DNA of 64,000 nucleotides from an uncultured Thermoprotei archaeon (lineage in GTDB: Archaea > Thermoproteota > Thermoprotei > QMSL01 > B3-G16): positions 14,087 through 78,086 of the forward strand of contig CAZFCQ010000007.1 in the NCBI GenBank assembly GCA_964517845.1, given 5' to 3'. The notes below the pieces were generated by a model. That model was given only the letters and a program-made list of their open reading frames with translations. It searched no databases and had not been told where the DNA came from. Numbering within the stretch: position 1 is the first letter of the stretch; every line of letters begins with the position of its first letter. Position numbers and translations under genes: made by a program. Shown here in pieces: positions 19,983 to 29,963 of the stretch.

Positions 19983-21611
19983 TTAACGTCTTAATCCCTC
20001 CATAGACCTGCTCACCCCTTTTCCAAGATTATTGAAAGTAGTTTTCTCATTGACGAAATCATAACCACAACTAGGGCAAGTGTCTTTATTAATATCTACT
20101 CTTGAATTGCACTTCGGACAAGTTTTATAGTTGATTGATGCCTTAACCTTATTAGTCTTTATTTCATGAATATGTGCTCTTAGTTCGTTAAGTACATTTT
20201 TAGGTGAATGATAGTACTTTCGTAATAAAATGAACCATTCTTCGGCCCTCAAATATTTACCATATCTTGCGGCTTCTAAAGCTAGTGTCATGAAGATTTT
20301 TCTTTGCTCATACTCCTTTAACAAGGAATTCATGTCTACTAATAACCTTCGAGAAACTTCCTCTAAAGTACTTCTAATATTGAGAGGTGTAAGCGTATCT
20401 TTAGCTGGATCGTAGTCAAAGACTATGTCAGCTATAGGTACATAATTTCTTAATCCTGTAATGTAGAAAATGCTTTTAACTCTACGTGCTATACTGAAAC
20501 TACCTCTAAGGGGCGAAGTTACCTTTATTGTCTGTATCAAAACTTTAACACTAGACATTGTAGACTCTTCAATACCTAGTTCCTTAAATCTAGAGTACAC
20601 TTCATTTAAGCTTCCTGCGTGAAAGCTAGTTATACCACCATGTCCCGTTGCAACGTGCTGAGCAAAAGCTCTAGCTTCAGCATAACGAACTTCGTTTACA
20701 ATTAAGTAATCTGTACTACGTCTTAAAGCATGCGCCACAAGTGAATCAAGTTTAATTTCGCCTACACTACCTACTGTGAAACTCTTACGCTCACTTAACG
20801 ATATTAAGTTTTCATGAGGAATACGCATTTCAGGGACATCTTGCACTAATGTAATGGATGCTGTAGGCTTTATAAGACAACCTAATGCATTAGCTAATGA
20901 GGTCTTACCAGATCCCATTTCGCCAAAGATTATTATAGGTAGCTTAGCTTCAATAGCAAGCCATAATAGTGCCATAGCTTCTGGAGATATCATATGAGTG
21001 AGCATCATACGTGTTGGCGTCCATGGATATCTAGGGAATTTCCTTATCGTGAAACTTGAAGTGGGAGATACTTCGCTTCGATAGGTTAAAGCAGCTCTAT
21101 CCCCTGTAGGGAGGATGACACTATCAAGTATAGGTCGACTTCTATGTATACCACTTCCACCACGATGGGCTAATATGCGAACCATACGGTCAACTTCATC
21201 ATCAGAGGGTATAATATTAGTCTGAATAAGCCCATAATCTTTATGCGTAACTCTTAAGGGTACATTCGCATGGAAGCATTGTATGTCTTCTAAATTATCA
21301 TCTCGCATGAGAGGTTCAAGCCATGAATAACCAACTATTTCACTTTTAATTAGATAAACCAACTTATCTGAAAGCCCTCTTTTTCGTAACACTTCTTCCA
21401 TTTTTTCTGCACTCGTTAACTCAGATGGTTTAAGTATGTAGGAGAGCTCGTCCATAACTCTCTTAAGGATAAGTTGCTCCTCGTTAGATAATTTAATAGG
21501 TACTACCTTATACACATACTCATATTCTCTATCAATAATATCGATACGTGTGAAACCATCCGGTGAATAAGTCCTTATGATTTTTCCACTAATGTTCAGA
21601 TATTGAGGCAT
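19983..21611 (-). CDS. Type II/IV secretion ATPase (TadA/FlaI/VirB11-like) with C-terminal Zn ribbon
   Basis: LMRDDNLEDI, FTIRKF, GEMGSGKT, LIVNEVR and TGHGGITSFHA motifs; CPKC...CPSC tail. Confidence 0.9.
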   Translation of the reverse strand: MPQYLNISGKIIRTYSPDGFTRIDIIDREYEYVYKVVPIKLSNEEQLILKRVMDELSYILKPSELTSAEKMEEVLRKRGLSDKLVYLIKSEIVGYSWLEPLMRDDNLEDIQCFHANVPLRVTHKDYGLIQTNIIPSDDEVDRMVRILAHRGGSGIHRSRPILDSVILPTGDRAALTYRSEVSPTSSFTIRKFPRYPWTPTRMMLTHMISPEAMALLWLAIEAKLPIIIFGEMGSGKTSLANALGCLIKPTASITLVQDVPEMRIPHENLISLSERKSFTVGSVGEIKLDSLVAHALRRSTDYLIVNEVRYAEARAFAQHVATGHGGITSFHAGSLNEVYSRFKELGIEESTMSSVKVLIQTIKVTSPLRGSFSIARRVKSIFYITGLRNYVPIADIVFDYDPAKDTLTPLNIRSTLEEVSRRLLVDMNSLLKEYEQRKIFMTLALEAARYGKYLRAEEWFILLRKYYHSPKNVLNELRAHIHEIKTNKVKASINYKTCPKCNSRVDINKDTCPSCGYDFVNEKTTFNNLGKGVSRSMEGLRR

Positions 21612-21701
21612 ACAGGTCCTCCATTCCTTAAGTCCGTGGTTTGAATAGCTTAATATCTAATACATAATAAAACCTTAGGAAAGATAAATAACCTTAGAGT
21701 T

Positions 21702-21766
21702 AAGGTCAGTGGAGGTGCCCTATCATCGGTGATCTTCCTCTAACCGGAAACCTTTCAATCATCCCT
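21702..21766 (-). ncRNA. Candidate box C/D sRNA (degenerate C and D' boxes)
   Basis: Minus strand: AGGG-ATGATTGA-aaggtttccggt-TAGA-...-ATGATAG-ggcacctcca-CTGA-CCTT, with a 4-bp terminal stem. Confidence 0.5.
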
Positions 21767-21771
21767 GAATC

Positions 21772-22341
21772 CTATAAGTTATCGTGACTAATTAAGCTTT
21801 GTTTAATAAATAATTCCAAGTAAGAATATGTTATAAGATTTGATTTAATTCCAAGATTCTTTATTAGGTCTAGTATCTTTCTCTTACTTTTTTCAGGATC
21901 AGAATTCATAACCTCGATCTCCAAGAATAGGCCTAAGTCTTTAACATTATCTAAACATAGCTTAATGTTCTCTTTGGTAAGGTATTCCTTTCTCTCTTTT
22001 TCAATTTGTAAAAATTTCTTAAAGCCTAAAGCTTCAAGTATGGTAATTAGTGTATTACCGTCAGATACCTCCACCTCTAACTCTTTACGTGACTTGAAAG
22101 GACCTTTACCTATCTTTTTATACGTTAGAAAGAATTTTCCATCAGATGTTTTCCTGACTCTAAGCGCTTCCTTTGATTCTGAGAAGTCACGTAAGGGATG
22201 TAAAAAGTATATGTCAATTTCCTTTCTTTTACCTAAGAATTTAGCTTTTATCTTCCTTAATATTCTTTCTTCAATGGAATTAAATTCTTGAGGAGATAAG
22301 GCTAGCTTTACTTCGATCTCTCTGGAATATGTTTCTTCCAT
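21772..22341 (-). CDS. cyaB: CYTH-domain protein (class IV adenylate cyclase-like / triphosphate tunnel metalloenzyme)
   Basis: EIEVK, DIYF, ALRVR, LTYK, GLFLEIE and SYLEL motifs. Confidence 0.88.
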   Translation of the reverse strand: MEETYSREIEVKLALSPQEFNSIEERILRKIKAKFLGKRKEIDIYFLHPLRDFSESKEALRVRKTSDGKFFLTYKKIGKGPFKSRKELEVEVSDGNTLITILEALGFKKFLQIEKERKEYLTKENIKLCLDNVKDLGLFLEIEVMNSDPEKSKRKILDLIKNLGIKSNLITYSYLELFIKQSLISHDNL

Positions 22342-22345
22342 GGAT

Positions 22346-24136
22346 TTATACCTTCCCAGATACTAAGATTTTTCTTTGCTTTTTATAGAGTTCGATTATC
22401 TCTTGAACTGTTGTAGCTTGCTCAGGACTCTTATCTGGACGAAATCTAAGGAACCTAGGGAAGCGTATCGCTAGGCCAGCACCCTCTTTTATTATATTCC
22501 ATGCACAAGTATGTAATGGAGATAAGGTTATCTCTGCTCCAGTGATCTCCATTACAATAGCGGGTACGAACCATATATCAGCTTCCATTTTACTATCAAC
22601 ACGTGGATGTTTATGATTTATAACGTATGATTCAAACATCTTAGGTAATTCTTCTAGCTGTTCATCTGTAAATCCAGAACCTACTTTGCATACTGTTCTA
22701 AAGACATCATTTTCAGGATCGTAAGCGGCCATTAGTAATGCACCATACTTTCCAGCCCTCCTTCCTTTACCCCAGAAGGCACCTACAGCTATGAGATCTA
22801 GAGTATCAGCTAACTCTGCTTTATAATCACGTTTATACTTTATCCATAAGAAGCCTCTTACTCCACTTTGATAAATAGCATTAGGAGTTATTGCTTTACA
22901 CATTACTCCTTCACAACCTTCAGAGATAGCCTGTTCGAAGAATTCTTCTAATTCACGTGGCGAGGAAACTATTTTGTATTCTGCTAGGCTGATTCTTTCA
23001 TTTTCCTTTACAATTCTCTCTAGATACTTCCTACGCTCGGGATAAGGTTTTAAGGTTAAATCTTCTCCATTAACGTAAAGGGCGTCAAAGAGAAAAAGGC
23101 TTACTGGGTACTCCTCCATAGCCTTTCTAATATCATACTTTCGTCTTCGATGCATGAGTTCTTGGAAGGGTCTTAGTTCGCCAGTATCAGGATCTATAGC
23201 GACACATTCGCCTTCAATAATAGCCTCCTCTGCTAAAATGTGTTTCCGAATGAGTTCTACGGCATCAGGGAAGTGGTGAGTTACATTTTCTAATCTTCTA
23301 CTAAATAAGGTAACATTATTTCCTTTTTTATGAGCTTGAATTCTCATACCATCATACTTATATTCAACAACACACTTACCACCAAGTTTATTCAATATCT
23401 CCTGGGGTGTACGTAATCTCTCAGCGAGCATAGGCATTATAGGAACTCCTACTGTAATACCTATCTTCTTTACTCCTTCAAGGCCTTGAGTAACAAGAAC
23501 TTTTGCTACATATCCTAGATCTGGATGAAGATTATAAGCACGCTCAATGATCTCTCTACTACCTTTACCAGCCCCAAAAGCTTGAGCAAGGGCTTCTAGA
23601 ATGGTCATATCAGCTATACCTAAACGGAGTCTGCCTAGTATCGTTCTAAGGATATAACGTGCTTCCTTGGGTGAAGAGTCTCTTAATAGCGATGCTAAAA
23701 GTGTTATTTTAGTATCCTGAGCTCCCTCACCTGTTGCTTTAGCAATTTTCATGAGCGTGTCATATACCCTCTCAACAGTAAGAACTTCTTTTTTAAATTC
23801 CTCACCTAAGAACTCGAATAAGCTTACACTACGCTTATGCGATAACAGGTATTCAGCTACGGAGCCTATATCACCGAGTTTTCTAACGGCCTTCTCTACT
23901 TCTCTAATACTAACTCCAGCTGCTTGAGCTAGCGCACGCATCGCTAGTTTCTCAGCGACACCGAATTCGATACCTTCATAATCAGGTCTTAGCTTACCTT
24001 GAGTTAGATATATTACCTTATCAATTATCTCATGTGGAACTTTCTTCAATAACACCACTAAATAAGTAGTCATCTCGGTTCTCTTGCTAGTAGACTCTAT
24101 TTTCTCGTAGGTCTCAACGAGTGTAGAATATCTCAT
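22346..24136 (-). CDS. lig: ATP-dependent DNA ligase
   Basis: EYKYDGMR (motif I), EGVMCK, WIKYKRDY and IRFPRF. Confidence 0.97.
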   Translation of the reverse strand: MRYSTLVETYEKIESTSKRTEMTTYLVVLLKKVPHEIIDKVIYLTQGKLRPDYEGIEFGVAEKLAMRALAQAAGVSIREVEKAVRKLGDIGSVAEYLLSHKRSVSLFEFLGEEFKKEVLTVERVYDTLMKIAKATGEGAQDTKITLLASLLRDSSPKEARYILRTILGRLRLGIADMTILEALAQAFGAGKGSREIIERAYNLHPDLGYVAKVLVTQGLEGVKKIGITVGVPIMPMLAERLRTPQEILNKLGGKCVVEYKYDGMRIQAHKKGNNVTLFSRRLENVTHHFPDAVELIRKHILAEEAIIEGECVAIDPDTGELRPFQELMHRRRKYDIRKAMEEYPVSLFLFDALYVNGEDLTLKPYPERRKYLERIVKENERISLAEYKIVSSPRELEEFFEQAISEGCEGVMCKAITPNAIYQSGVRGFLWIKYKRDYKAELADTLDLIAVGAFWGKGRRAGKYGALLMAAYDPENDVFRTVCKVGSGFTDEQLEELPKMFESYVINHKHPRVDSKMEADIWFVPAIVMEITGAEITLSPLHTCAWNIIKEGAGLAIRFPRFLRFRPDKSPEQATTVQEIIELYKKQRKILVSGKV

Positions 24137-24205
24137 TTTTCCTCATAGCTCTTCAATACAATATGTCATAATTATTAGTTTCGTTCATTATTTGAACGTA
24201 CTTAA

Positions 24206-24754
24206 TTAGGCTCTTTCCACCATTCTCTCAAATGTCCATCTTGCCGAATTTCTTATCTCTCTTAATCTGAATTCATTTCTATAATTATAAACTAAGAGCT
24301 CTTTCAATATTCCATCTTTCGTACGTATCTCATACCTAAAGATTTTATCAGGCTCTAATTTTCCTCTTTCAGAAGCCTCCTTATCTTTTCTTTGGAATTC
24401 ACCTAAGACTCTGACTACAAAGAATGTACTAAAAGGAGGTCTATTTACATCAATCCTTACTCCCTTCTCAGGGACTATCCTTATTTTATCCTTCCATACA
24501 TACATCCTAGCTAAGGGCTTATTGTTTACTCTATGAGCTAGTAGATACTCTCTCTCAGGGGGTTCTTCAACAGCCTCCTCTTTAGTAGATATTTCGATAG
24601 CAGGTTTGAAGCTCATTTGACTAAGTTGCTTATTAATGATCTCTAAACAAGCTTTTAATAACTTTAACTCTGCCTCAAGTTCTTCTATTCTCCTTTCAGC
24701 TAGTCTTTTCAACTCAGCTAGTTCTTTAACAAATTTTTCATTCTTATTATCCAT
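24206..24754 (-). CDS. Conserved archaeal hypothetical protein with N-terminal coiled coil
   Basis: 182-aa ORF co-oriented with lig; heptad N-terminus. Confidence 0.65.
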   Translation of the reverse strand: MDNKNEKFVKELAELKRLAERRIEELEAELKLLKACLEIINKQLSQMSFKPAIEISTKEEAVEEPPEREYLLAHRVNNKPLARMYVWKDKIRIVPEKGVRIDVNRPPFSTFFVVRVLGEFQRKDKEASERGKLEPDKIFRYEIRTKDGILKELLVYNYRNEFRLREIRNSARWTFERMVERA

Positions 24755-24811
24755 ACATGTCTCTTTTAGCGAATCTTGGATATTAATATTATGAGCGATT
24801 AACGTGGCTAA

Positions 24812-25147
24812 TCATTCTTCCTCGTAGTTTCTCTTAGCATTAAGTAGTAAGGATTCGCTTTTTATTAGAATGTCCCTTATCAGCGCAATAGATTTGGTTA
24901 TTACAGAAACGCGTTTATTAAGCTCTGTATGGATAGCTCTTTCAATTAACTCAGCTACGTCCTTATACCCGATATTCTTCCTTTTAAGTAGTAGTAATAT
25001 GTCGGCTCGAAGCATGCTTAGATATCTAACTTCACTAGTCTGATGAGCTTTTAGACATTTTAAAATTCGGCTACGTGAGTACTTTCGTCTAGTCGTAGGT
25101 GACCACTTTATAAAAGCTATACAAGGCTCCCATTCGTCTCTTAACAT
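24812..25147 (-). CDS. Hypothetical basic protein
   Basis: 111-aa ORF filling the gap between prs and the lig-linked gene; no recognised motif. Confidence 0.5.
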   Translation of the reverse strand: MLRDEWEPCIAFIKWSPTTRRKYSRSRILKCLKAHQTSEVRYLSMLRADILLLLKRKNIGYKDVAELIERAIHTELNKRVSVITKSIALIRDILIKSESLLLNAKRNYEEE

Positions 25148-25186
25148 CGTTTATCAATCCAAGACTAGGAGTGAACTCAATAAAAA

Positions 25187-26098
25187 TTATTCTACGAATT
25201 TTCTTAATGCATCAACTATGACAGGAGTTACACTTACGAAGCTAACAGGGCTTGGAACAGTATCTGTACCAATAAGTGCTTCAGCGCCAGCCTCTAGTAT
25301 TTTAACGAGTGCATTTTCTACTAGTATAGGATGAGTACATGCAGTAACTACTCTTTTAGCGCCTTCTCTCAGAACAACTTCAATAGCCTTAACCATAGTA
25401 CCTCCAGTACTTACAATATCATCGACTATGAGTACATCCCTCCCTTTAACGTTAAGAGACTTAGGTGTGATTTCTACTTCTCTATCACCTAAACGTTTTT
25501 TAACTAAATAGTCATATTCAGCATCTATAGTCTTTGCAGCTATACAAGCCCATTGTTCAGCTTCCTCGTCAGGGCCTATAACTATAGGATCCTCTAGCTT
25601 GAATTGCTCTTTAGCATATTTTGCTAGAAGTGGCATCGCTGTAAGGTTATGAGTAGGAAGTCCTATAAGACGTATTAGTTCATCTCCCATCCTATGTCTA
25701 TGTATGTCTATAACATAAAGCTCGTCTGTTCCAACGTCTTTAAGTAATTTAAAGACTGTCTTTAGGCTTAAGATCTCACCTGGATTAAATCTTTGATCCT
25801 GCCTTGCATAAGCAAAATAGGGAATAACACCTATTACTTTTTTAGCTCCTAAATCCTTAAGAGTATCTACAATAAGGAAATATTCCATTAAATATTCATC
25901 AGGTCGATGATACATAGACTGTATAAAAACCACAGTTTTGCCATTAACATCACCGTGTATTCTAGCATATTTCTCTCCATCGGGAAATCTTCTAGTTTCT
26001 ACCCTTAGATAGTTCGCACCAAGTCCTTTAGCTACACGGAATGCTAGAGCTTGAGCAGAAGAGCCACCAAGTATAATGAGTGAAGACACTAAGATCAC
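25187..26098 (-). CDS. prs: Ribose-phosphate pyrophosphokinase
   Basis: FPDGE, PYFAYARQD and LIVDDIVSTGGT motifs. Confidence 0.95.
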   Translation of the reverse strand: MILVSSLIILGGSSAQALAFRVAKGLGANYLRVETRRFPDGEKYARIHGDVNGKTVVFIQSMYHRPDEYLMEYFLIVDTLKDLGAKKVIGVIPYFAYARQDQRFNPGEILSLKTVFKLLKDVGTDELYVIDIHRHRMGDELIRLIGLPTHNLTAMPLLAKYAKEQFKLEDPIVIGPDEEAEQWACIAAKTIDAEYDYLVKKRLGDREVEITPKSLNVKGRDVLIVDDIVSTGGTMVKAIEVVLREGAKRVVTACTHPILVENALVKILEAGAEALIGTDTVPSPVSFVSVTPVIVDALRKFVE

Positions 26099-26191
26099 CG
26101 ATAAATTATTTAAACACTCTTTTTATAATCGTTATCGTAGATTGGAGGAGTACTTAAGGTGATGTTTCTTCAAAGTAGAGGTGCGTGATAT

Positions 26192-26536
26192 TTGGGACGA
26201 ATGTGCACTCCTGATTGCCCCTATTTTAGATGTTTAAAGAAGTCATTAGCCTTTGTAACGCCACGAGGAAAGATCTTAACTCCGAGAGCAAAGGAGAAGT
26301 ACAAAGGAAAAGTAACTGCATGGTGTCTATGGGCTAATGATGTATGTAAAGGATATCAATGTCAGTATGCAAATTGTGTAAAGCACGCCATGCTTCCTAA
26401 TGGTACTTGTACATTAGGTATCAAAGTAAAGGAAGTAGGTAGAAGTATAGAGGAAGAAGCTAAAGCATTAGAAAAAGAGTACCTGGCATTAAAGCCTAAG
26501 TTGAAAAAACTTCGCATTGAAGACATCGACTTATAA
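26192..26536 (+). CDS. Cys-rich (8 Cys) putative metal-binding protein
   Basis: CTPDCPYFRC...C-x6-C-x4-C-x4-C...C; GAGGTG RBS. Confidence 0.65.
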   Translation: MGRMCTPDCPYFRCLKKSLAFVTPRGKILTPRAKEKYKGKVTAWCLWANDVCKGYQCQYANCVKHAMLPNGTCTLGIKVKEVGRSIEEEAKALEKEYLALKPKLKKLRIEDIDL

Positions 26537-26585
26537 GAATTTTTAATTTTTTAGTGCCTATGATAAGAGTGAAATCGATAGATAA

Positions 26586-28457
26586 ATGGTGAGAGATTTG
26601 AGACTTTTACTTATCCATGCAGATTATTTTGAATACCAAGTAAGAGAGCCAGCACTATCTACACCTGAGGTAGTAACTAATGAGAGGAAAAAGCTTAGTA
26701 CAAACAATACACTAGTCGTTTTCGTAACTGTAGAGAAGGAAGATGAAGCTAAGGTAGATAATGTGGCGAAAGAAGCTTGTGAAATCATACTAGATGTTTA
26801 CAATAAACTATCACCTCTATCTGTGGTAATATACCCTTACGCTCATTTATCTTCAAGCCTTGCATCTCCTCGGGTAGCATTAGAAGCACTAGAAAAGTTA
26901 GAGAGTGAAGTTAAAGGACACGGTTTGAAGGTTTTTAGAGCCCCCTTTGGTTGGTATAAAAGCTTTACTATAAAGTGTAAAGGGCATCCTCTAGCAGAAC
27001 TTTCACGAAGTATAACTGGTGAAAGAAAAGTTACTGTAGAAGTTGAAGAGAAAGAAGAGTTAGAAAGCGAATTTAAAATAATAGAGCCAAATGGTAAGGA
27101 GCATGATCTAGATCTAGGAGATGTAAGTAAATGCAAAGTTTTAGAGAAGTATCCTCTTCTTAAGCAGTTTGTCCTCTCTGAAGAACTAGGCATTAAACCT
27201 CACAAAACGCCAGAGCATATAAGGCTAATGAGAAGATTAGAACTTGTAGATTATGAGCCTGCATCTGATGCAGGACATTTTAGATTTTATCCTAAAGGAG
27301 AACTAATTAAGAACTTGTTAGAGGAGTTCGCTACACGAATGGCAATAAAAGATTTAGGAGCTATGAAAATTGAGACACCATTACTGTATAAACTTTCAGA
27401 GCCAGATATAGCAGAACAAGTAGCTAGATTCCGTGAAAGAGATTACCGCCTTAAAGTGGGAAATAAAGAGTTAATACTAAGATTTGCTGGAGATTTTGGG
27501 CTCTTTAGGATGATGAAAACTATAACAATGACATATAAGCAGTTGCCTATAAGGATATATGAATTGTCAAAATCTTTTAGGCTAGAGCAAAGTGGTGAAC
27601 TAGTAGGTCTCAGAAGGTTGAGAGCATTTACAATGCCAGATATTCATTGTTTTTGTAAAGACATAGTTCAGGGAATGGAGGAGTATAGGAACCTATTTAG
27701 GTATTATACCAGGTTAGTAGAGACTATCGGTATAGACTATGTTCTCGCATTCAGAGTTGTAAGAGACTTCTACATGGAATATAAAGAATGGATAAAAGAT
27801 ATGGTAAAGGAAGCAAAGGTACCAGCATTAATCGAGTTACTTCCTAAGAGAAAGCACTATTGGGTAATCAAGCATGAATATCAATTCATAGACTCTGTAG
27901 GTGGGAATGCTCAACTTTGTACAGTTCAATTAGATGTAGAAGATTCTGAGAGGTATGGTATCTATTACGTAGATGAAGAAGGTAAGAAGAGAGGATGTAT
28001 AATAGTTCATAGCTCTATGGGATCTATCGAAAGATGGATTTATGCAATCCTAGAAGAGGCAGCTAAGATGATGAAACGTAAAGAGGTACCTAAACTTCCA
28101 ACATGGCTAAGTCCTATTCAAGTACGTATAATACCAGTCAGTAGAGAGTATTTAGATTACGCCATCAAGATAGCAGATGAAATTGAAAAAGAAGGTTTTC
28201 GAGTAGATATAGATGATAGAGAAGAGACTGTAAGTGCTAAGATAAGGAGCGCAGAGACAGAATGGATACCTTATATAATCGTAGTAGGGAAGGAAGAAAA
28301 AGAGAGTAATGTTTTAAGCATAAGGATAAGAGGTAAAGGTATAGGAAAGATGAAATTACAAGAACTAATTAAAAGTCTTGAGGAGGAGACAAAGAATATG
28401 CCTCACTTACCACGATATACTCCTAAGTTCCTATCACTAAAGCCTAGATTCGCATAA
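26586..28457 (+). CDS. thrS: Threonine--tRNA ligase (archaeal type with N-terminal editing domain)
   Basis: LLLIHADYF, YPYAHLS, RAFTMPDIH and GSIERW motifs. Confidence 0.97.
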   Translation: MVRDLRLLLIHADYFEYQVREPALSTPEVVTNERKKLSTNNTLVVFVTVEKEDEAKVDNVAKEACEIILDVYNKLSPLSVVIYPYAHLSSSLASPRVALEALEKLESEVKGHGLKVFRAPFGWYKSFTIKCKGHPLAELSRSITGERKVTVEVEEKEELESEFKIIEPNGKEHDLDLGDVSKCKVLEKYPLLKQFVLSEELGIKPHKTPEHIRLMRRLELVDYEPASDAGHFRFYPKGELIKNLLEEFATRMAIKDLGAMKIETPLLYKLSEPDIAEQVARFRERDYRLKVGNKELILRFAGDFGLFRMMKTITMTYKQLPIRIYELSKSFRLEQSGELVGLRRLRAFTMPDIHCFCKDIVQGMEEYRNLFRYYTRLVETIGIDYVLAFRVVRDFYMEYKEWIKDMVKEAKVPALIELLPKRKHYWVIKHEYQFIDSVGGNAQLCTVQLDVEDSERYGIYYVDEEGKKRGCIIVHSSMGSIERWIYAILEEAAKMMKRKEVPKLPTWLSPIQVRIIPVSREYLDYAIKIADEIEKEGFRVDIDDREETVSAKIRSAETEWIPYIIVVGKEEKESNVLSIRIRGKGIGKMKLQELIKSLEEETKNMPHLPRYTPKFLSLKPRFA

Positions 28458-28498
28458 AACATTAATTTAGTCAAAATGAAGTATTAAACGTAAAGCAT

Positions 28499-28556
28499 AT
28501 GATGATGCTCGAAAGGTATGACTCTCTGAAGGGATGATTAGCCCGCGCAGGTCTGA
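28499..28556 (+). ncRNA. Box C/D methylation-guide sRNA
   Basis: C ATGATGA (28499), D' CTGA (28526), C' ATGATTA (28534), 12-nt guide GCCCGCGCAGGT, D CTGA (28553). Confidence 0.8.
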
Positions 28557-28682
28557 TTACCTTAACGATATTTATTTTCTAAATAACACTTAATTTTCTA
28601 CTCAGTAGATAAGAGCTTATCCTATGGGATTTTTCCCAAAGATGCCTAGTTCAGAGTAAGTCTCTAGTTAAGTAGTATTAGT

Positions 28683-28691
28683 AAAAAAAAA
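28683..28691 (-). terminator. Probable oligo-U terminator of the DUF4438 gene
   Basis: T9 run on the minus strand ~70 nt after the stop codon. Confidence 0.45.
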
Positions 28692-28761
28692 GTAGGCTTT
28701 TAACTCATATAGTGAGCTATTACGTTTATTAAAAGTGATGCTTCCTTTTGAGAATTCAGTC

Positions 28762-29643
28762 CTATAATTCTCTGAGCTTAAGTATTTTAGCTATGTTTGC
28801 ATCAGGATCTATTATTGGCTTTATTTTGCCAGTTCTAGATGTCATTAATGTTGTAACTCCTGGTCCATGTCCTGCACTAACACATCTTGTGTGAACTATG
28901 ATACCTATAGTTACAGCACCAGTTTTGTAAATACGACCATAACTATGATCAGCATTTTCTATAGCAACAATATCTCCAAGCCTTAAATCATTAAGGTGGT
29001 ATTCCTTAATTATCCTTTCATCAAATAATTGTATATCATAATCGCCTCTATAGGCATTATCAGCGCCTAGGCCAGAACCCATTATTTCGGCGGGTATTAT
29101 ATGGGTTACAGGTACCTCTAAGGTATCACCAGCTTCCCTTATCTTCATCGCTTTTAAAAAGCTAGGGTCCATATTGAATATCTTGATATCAGGATAGTCA
29201 AGTAGTTTTAATCCAACACCATAAGCTTTGACGAGAACTTTGTCACCAGGGACTAATTTATCAAGGATCTCCCAATCAAAATCTACTAAAACATGCTCTA
29301 TTCCTCCATGTTTCCCTACCACAACACCCTTAGATCCTTTAGCGTCACCTGAGACAACTACAGCTTCATTCCCTATACATGCTAGAATATTTAATGCATT
29401 ATTTCCTGCTTCTCGTTCACCAAGTTTCATAGTACTCCTGATAGAAACTCCAGGTTCTACATGATCTGCCTCCCAATCTACTGCAGAGTCACCCACTCTG
29501 ACATTATATGTTATACCTCCAACACTGGGGAGTACTATAGGTTCGCCCTCAGGAGAAACTCTGTAAACATAATCTCCTTTCCAAGCACTAGTAACTTCGC
29601 CTATAACGCTTATTTTAACTAGTCGATTCTCGTTAGTCTTCAT
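28762..29643 (-). CDS. DUF4438 (TM1086-like) protein
   Basis: GGITYNVRVGD, DHVEPGVS, GKHGG, GDYDI and GHGPGVT motifs; AAGGAG RBS before ATG 29643. Confidence 0.8.
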   Translation of the reverse strand: MKTNENRLVKISVIGEVTSAWKGDYVYRVSPEGEPIVLPSVGGITYNVRVGDSAVDWEADHVEPGVSIRSTMKLGEREAGNNALNILACIGNEAVVVSGDAKGSKGVVVGKHGGIEHVLVDFDWEILDKLVPGDKVLVKAYGVGLKLLDYPDIKIFNMDPSFLKAMKIREAGDTLEVPVTHIIPAEIMGSGLGADNAYRGDYDIQLFDERIIKEYHLNDLRLGDIVAIENADHSYGRIYKTGAVTIGIIVHTRCVSAGHGPGVTTLMTSRTGKIKPIIDPDANIAKILKLREL

Positions 29644-29963
29644 ATTCTCTCCTTTCATGAAGTATAGGTTACCGAAAATTACTGAAACGGTTAAATAAGA
29701 CAGTATATAGTGAGAAATTCATCCAGTATTTACATCGAAAAGTATAATGTTAGTACTCGTAGTCGAAAAGTGTCTAGCATTAAAGCTCATATGGATATTT
29801 ATCAAAAGAATGGATTATGGAAATTTCAGATAATAAAATTCAGAAGATCGAGCACGAATTTAGGTGAATCATAACTATGAGAAATTGGGTTCTGTCCACA
29901 TTAATGCTTAAACTATTTCGCACTTTTATCTCTTTTTAAAGACTTTATAGAAGGTAAGGACTC

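Noticed and set aside
24812..25147. Possible divergent RNase P Pop5 subunit
   Set aside because: Only vague similarity; the RYI and SGTI motifs are absent
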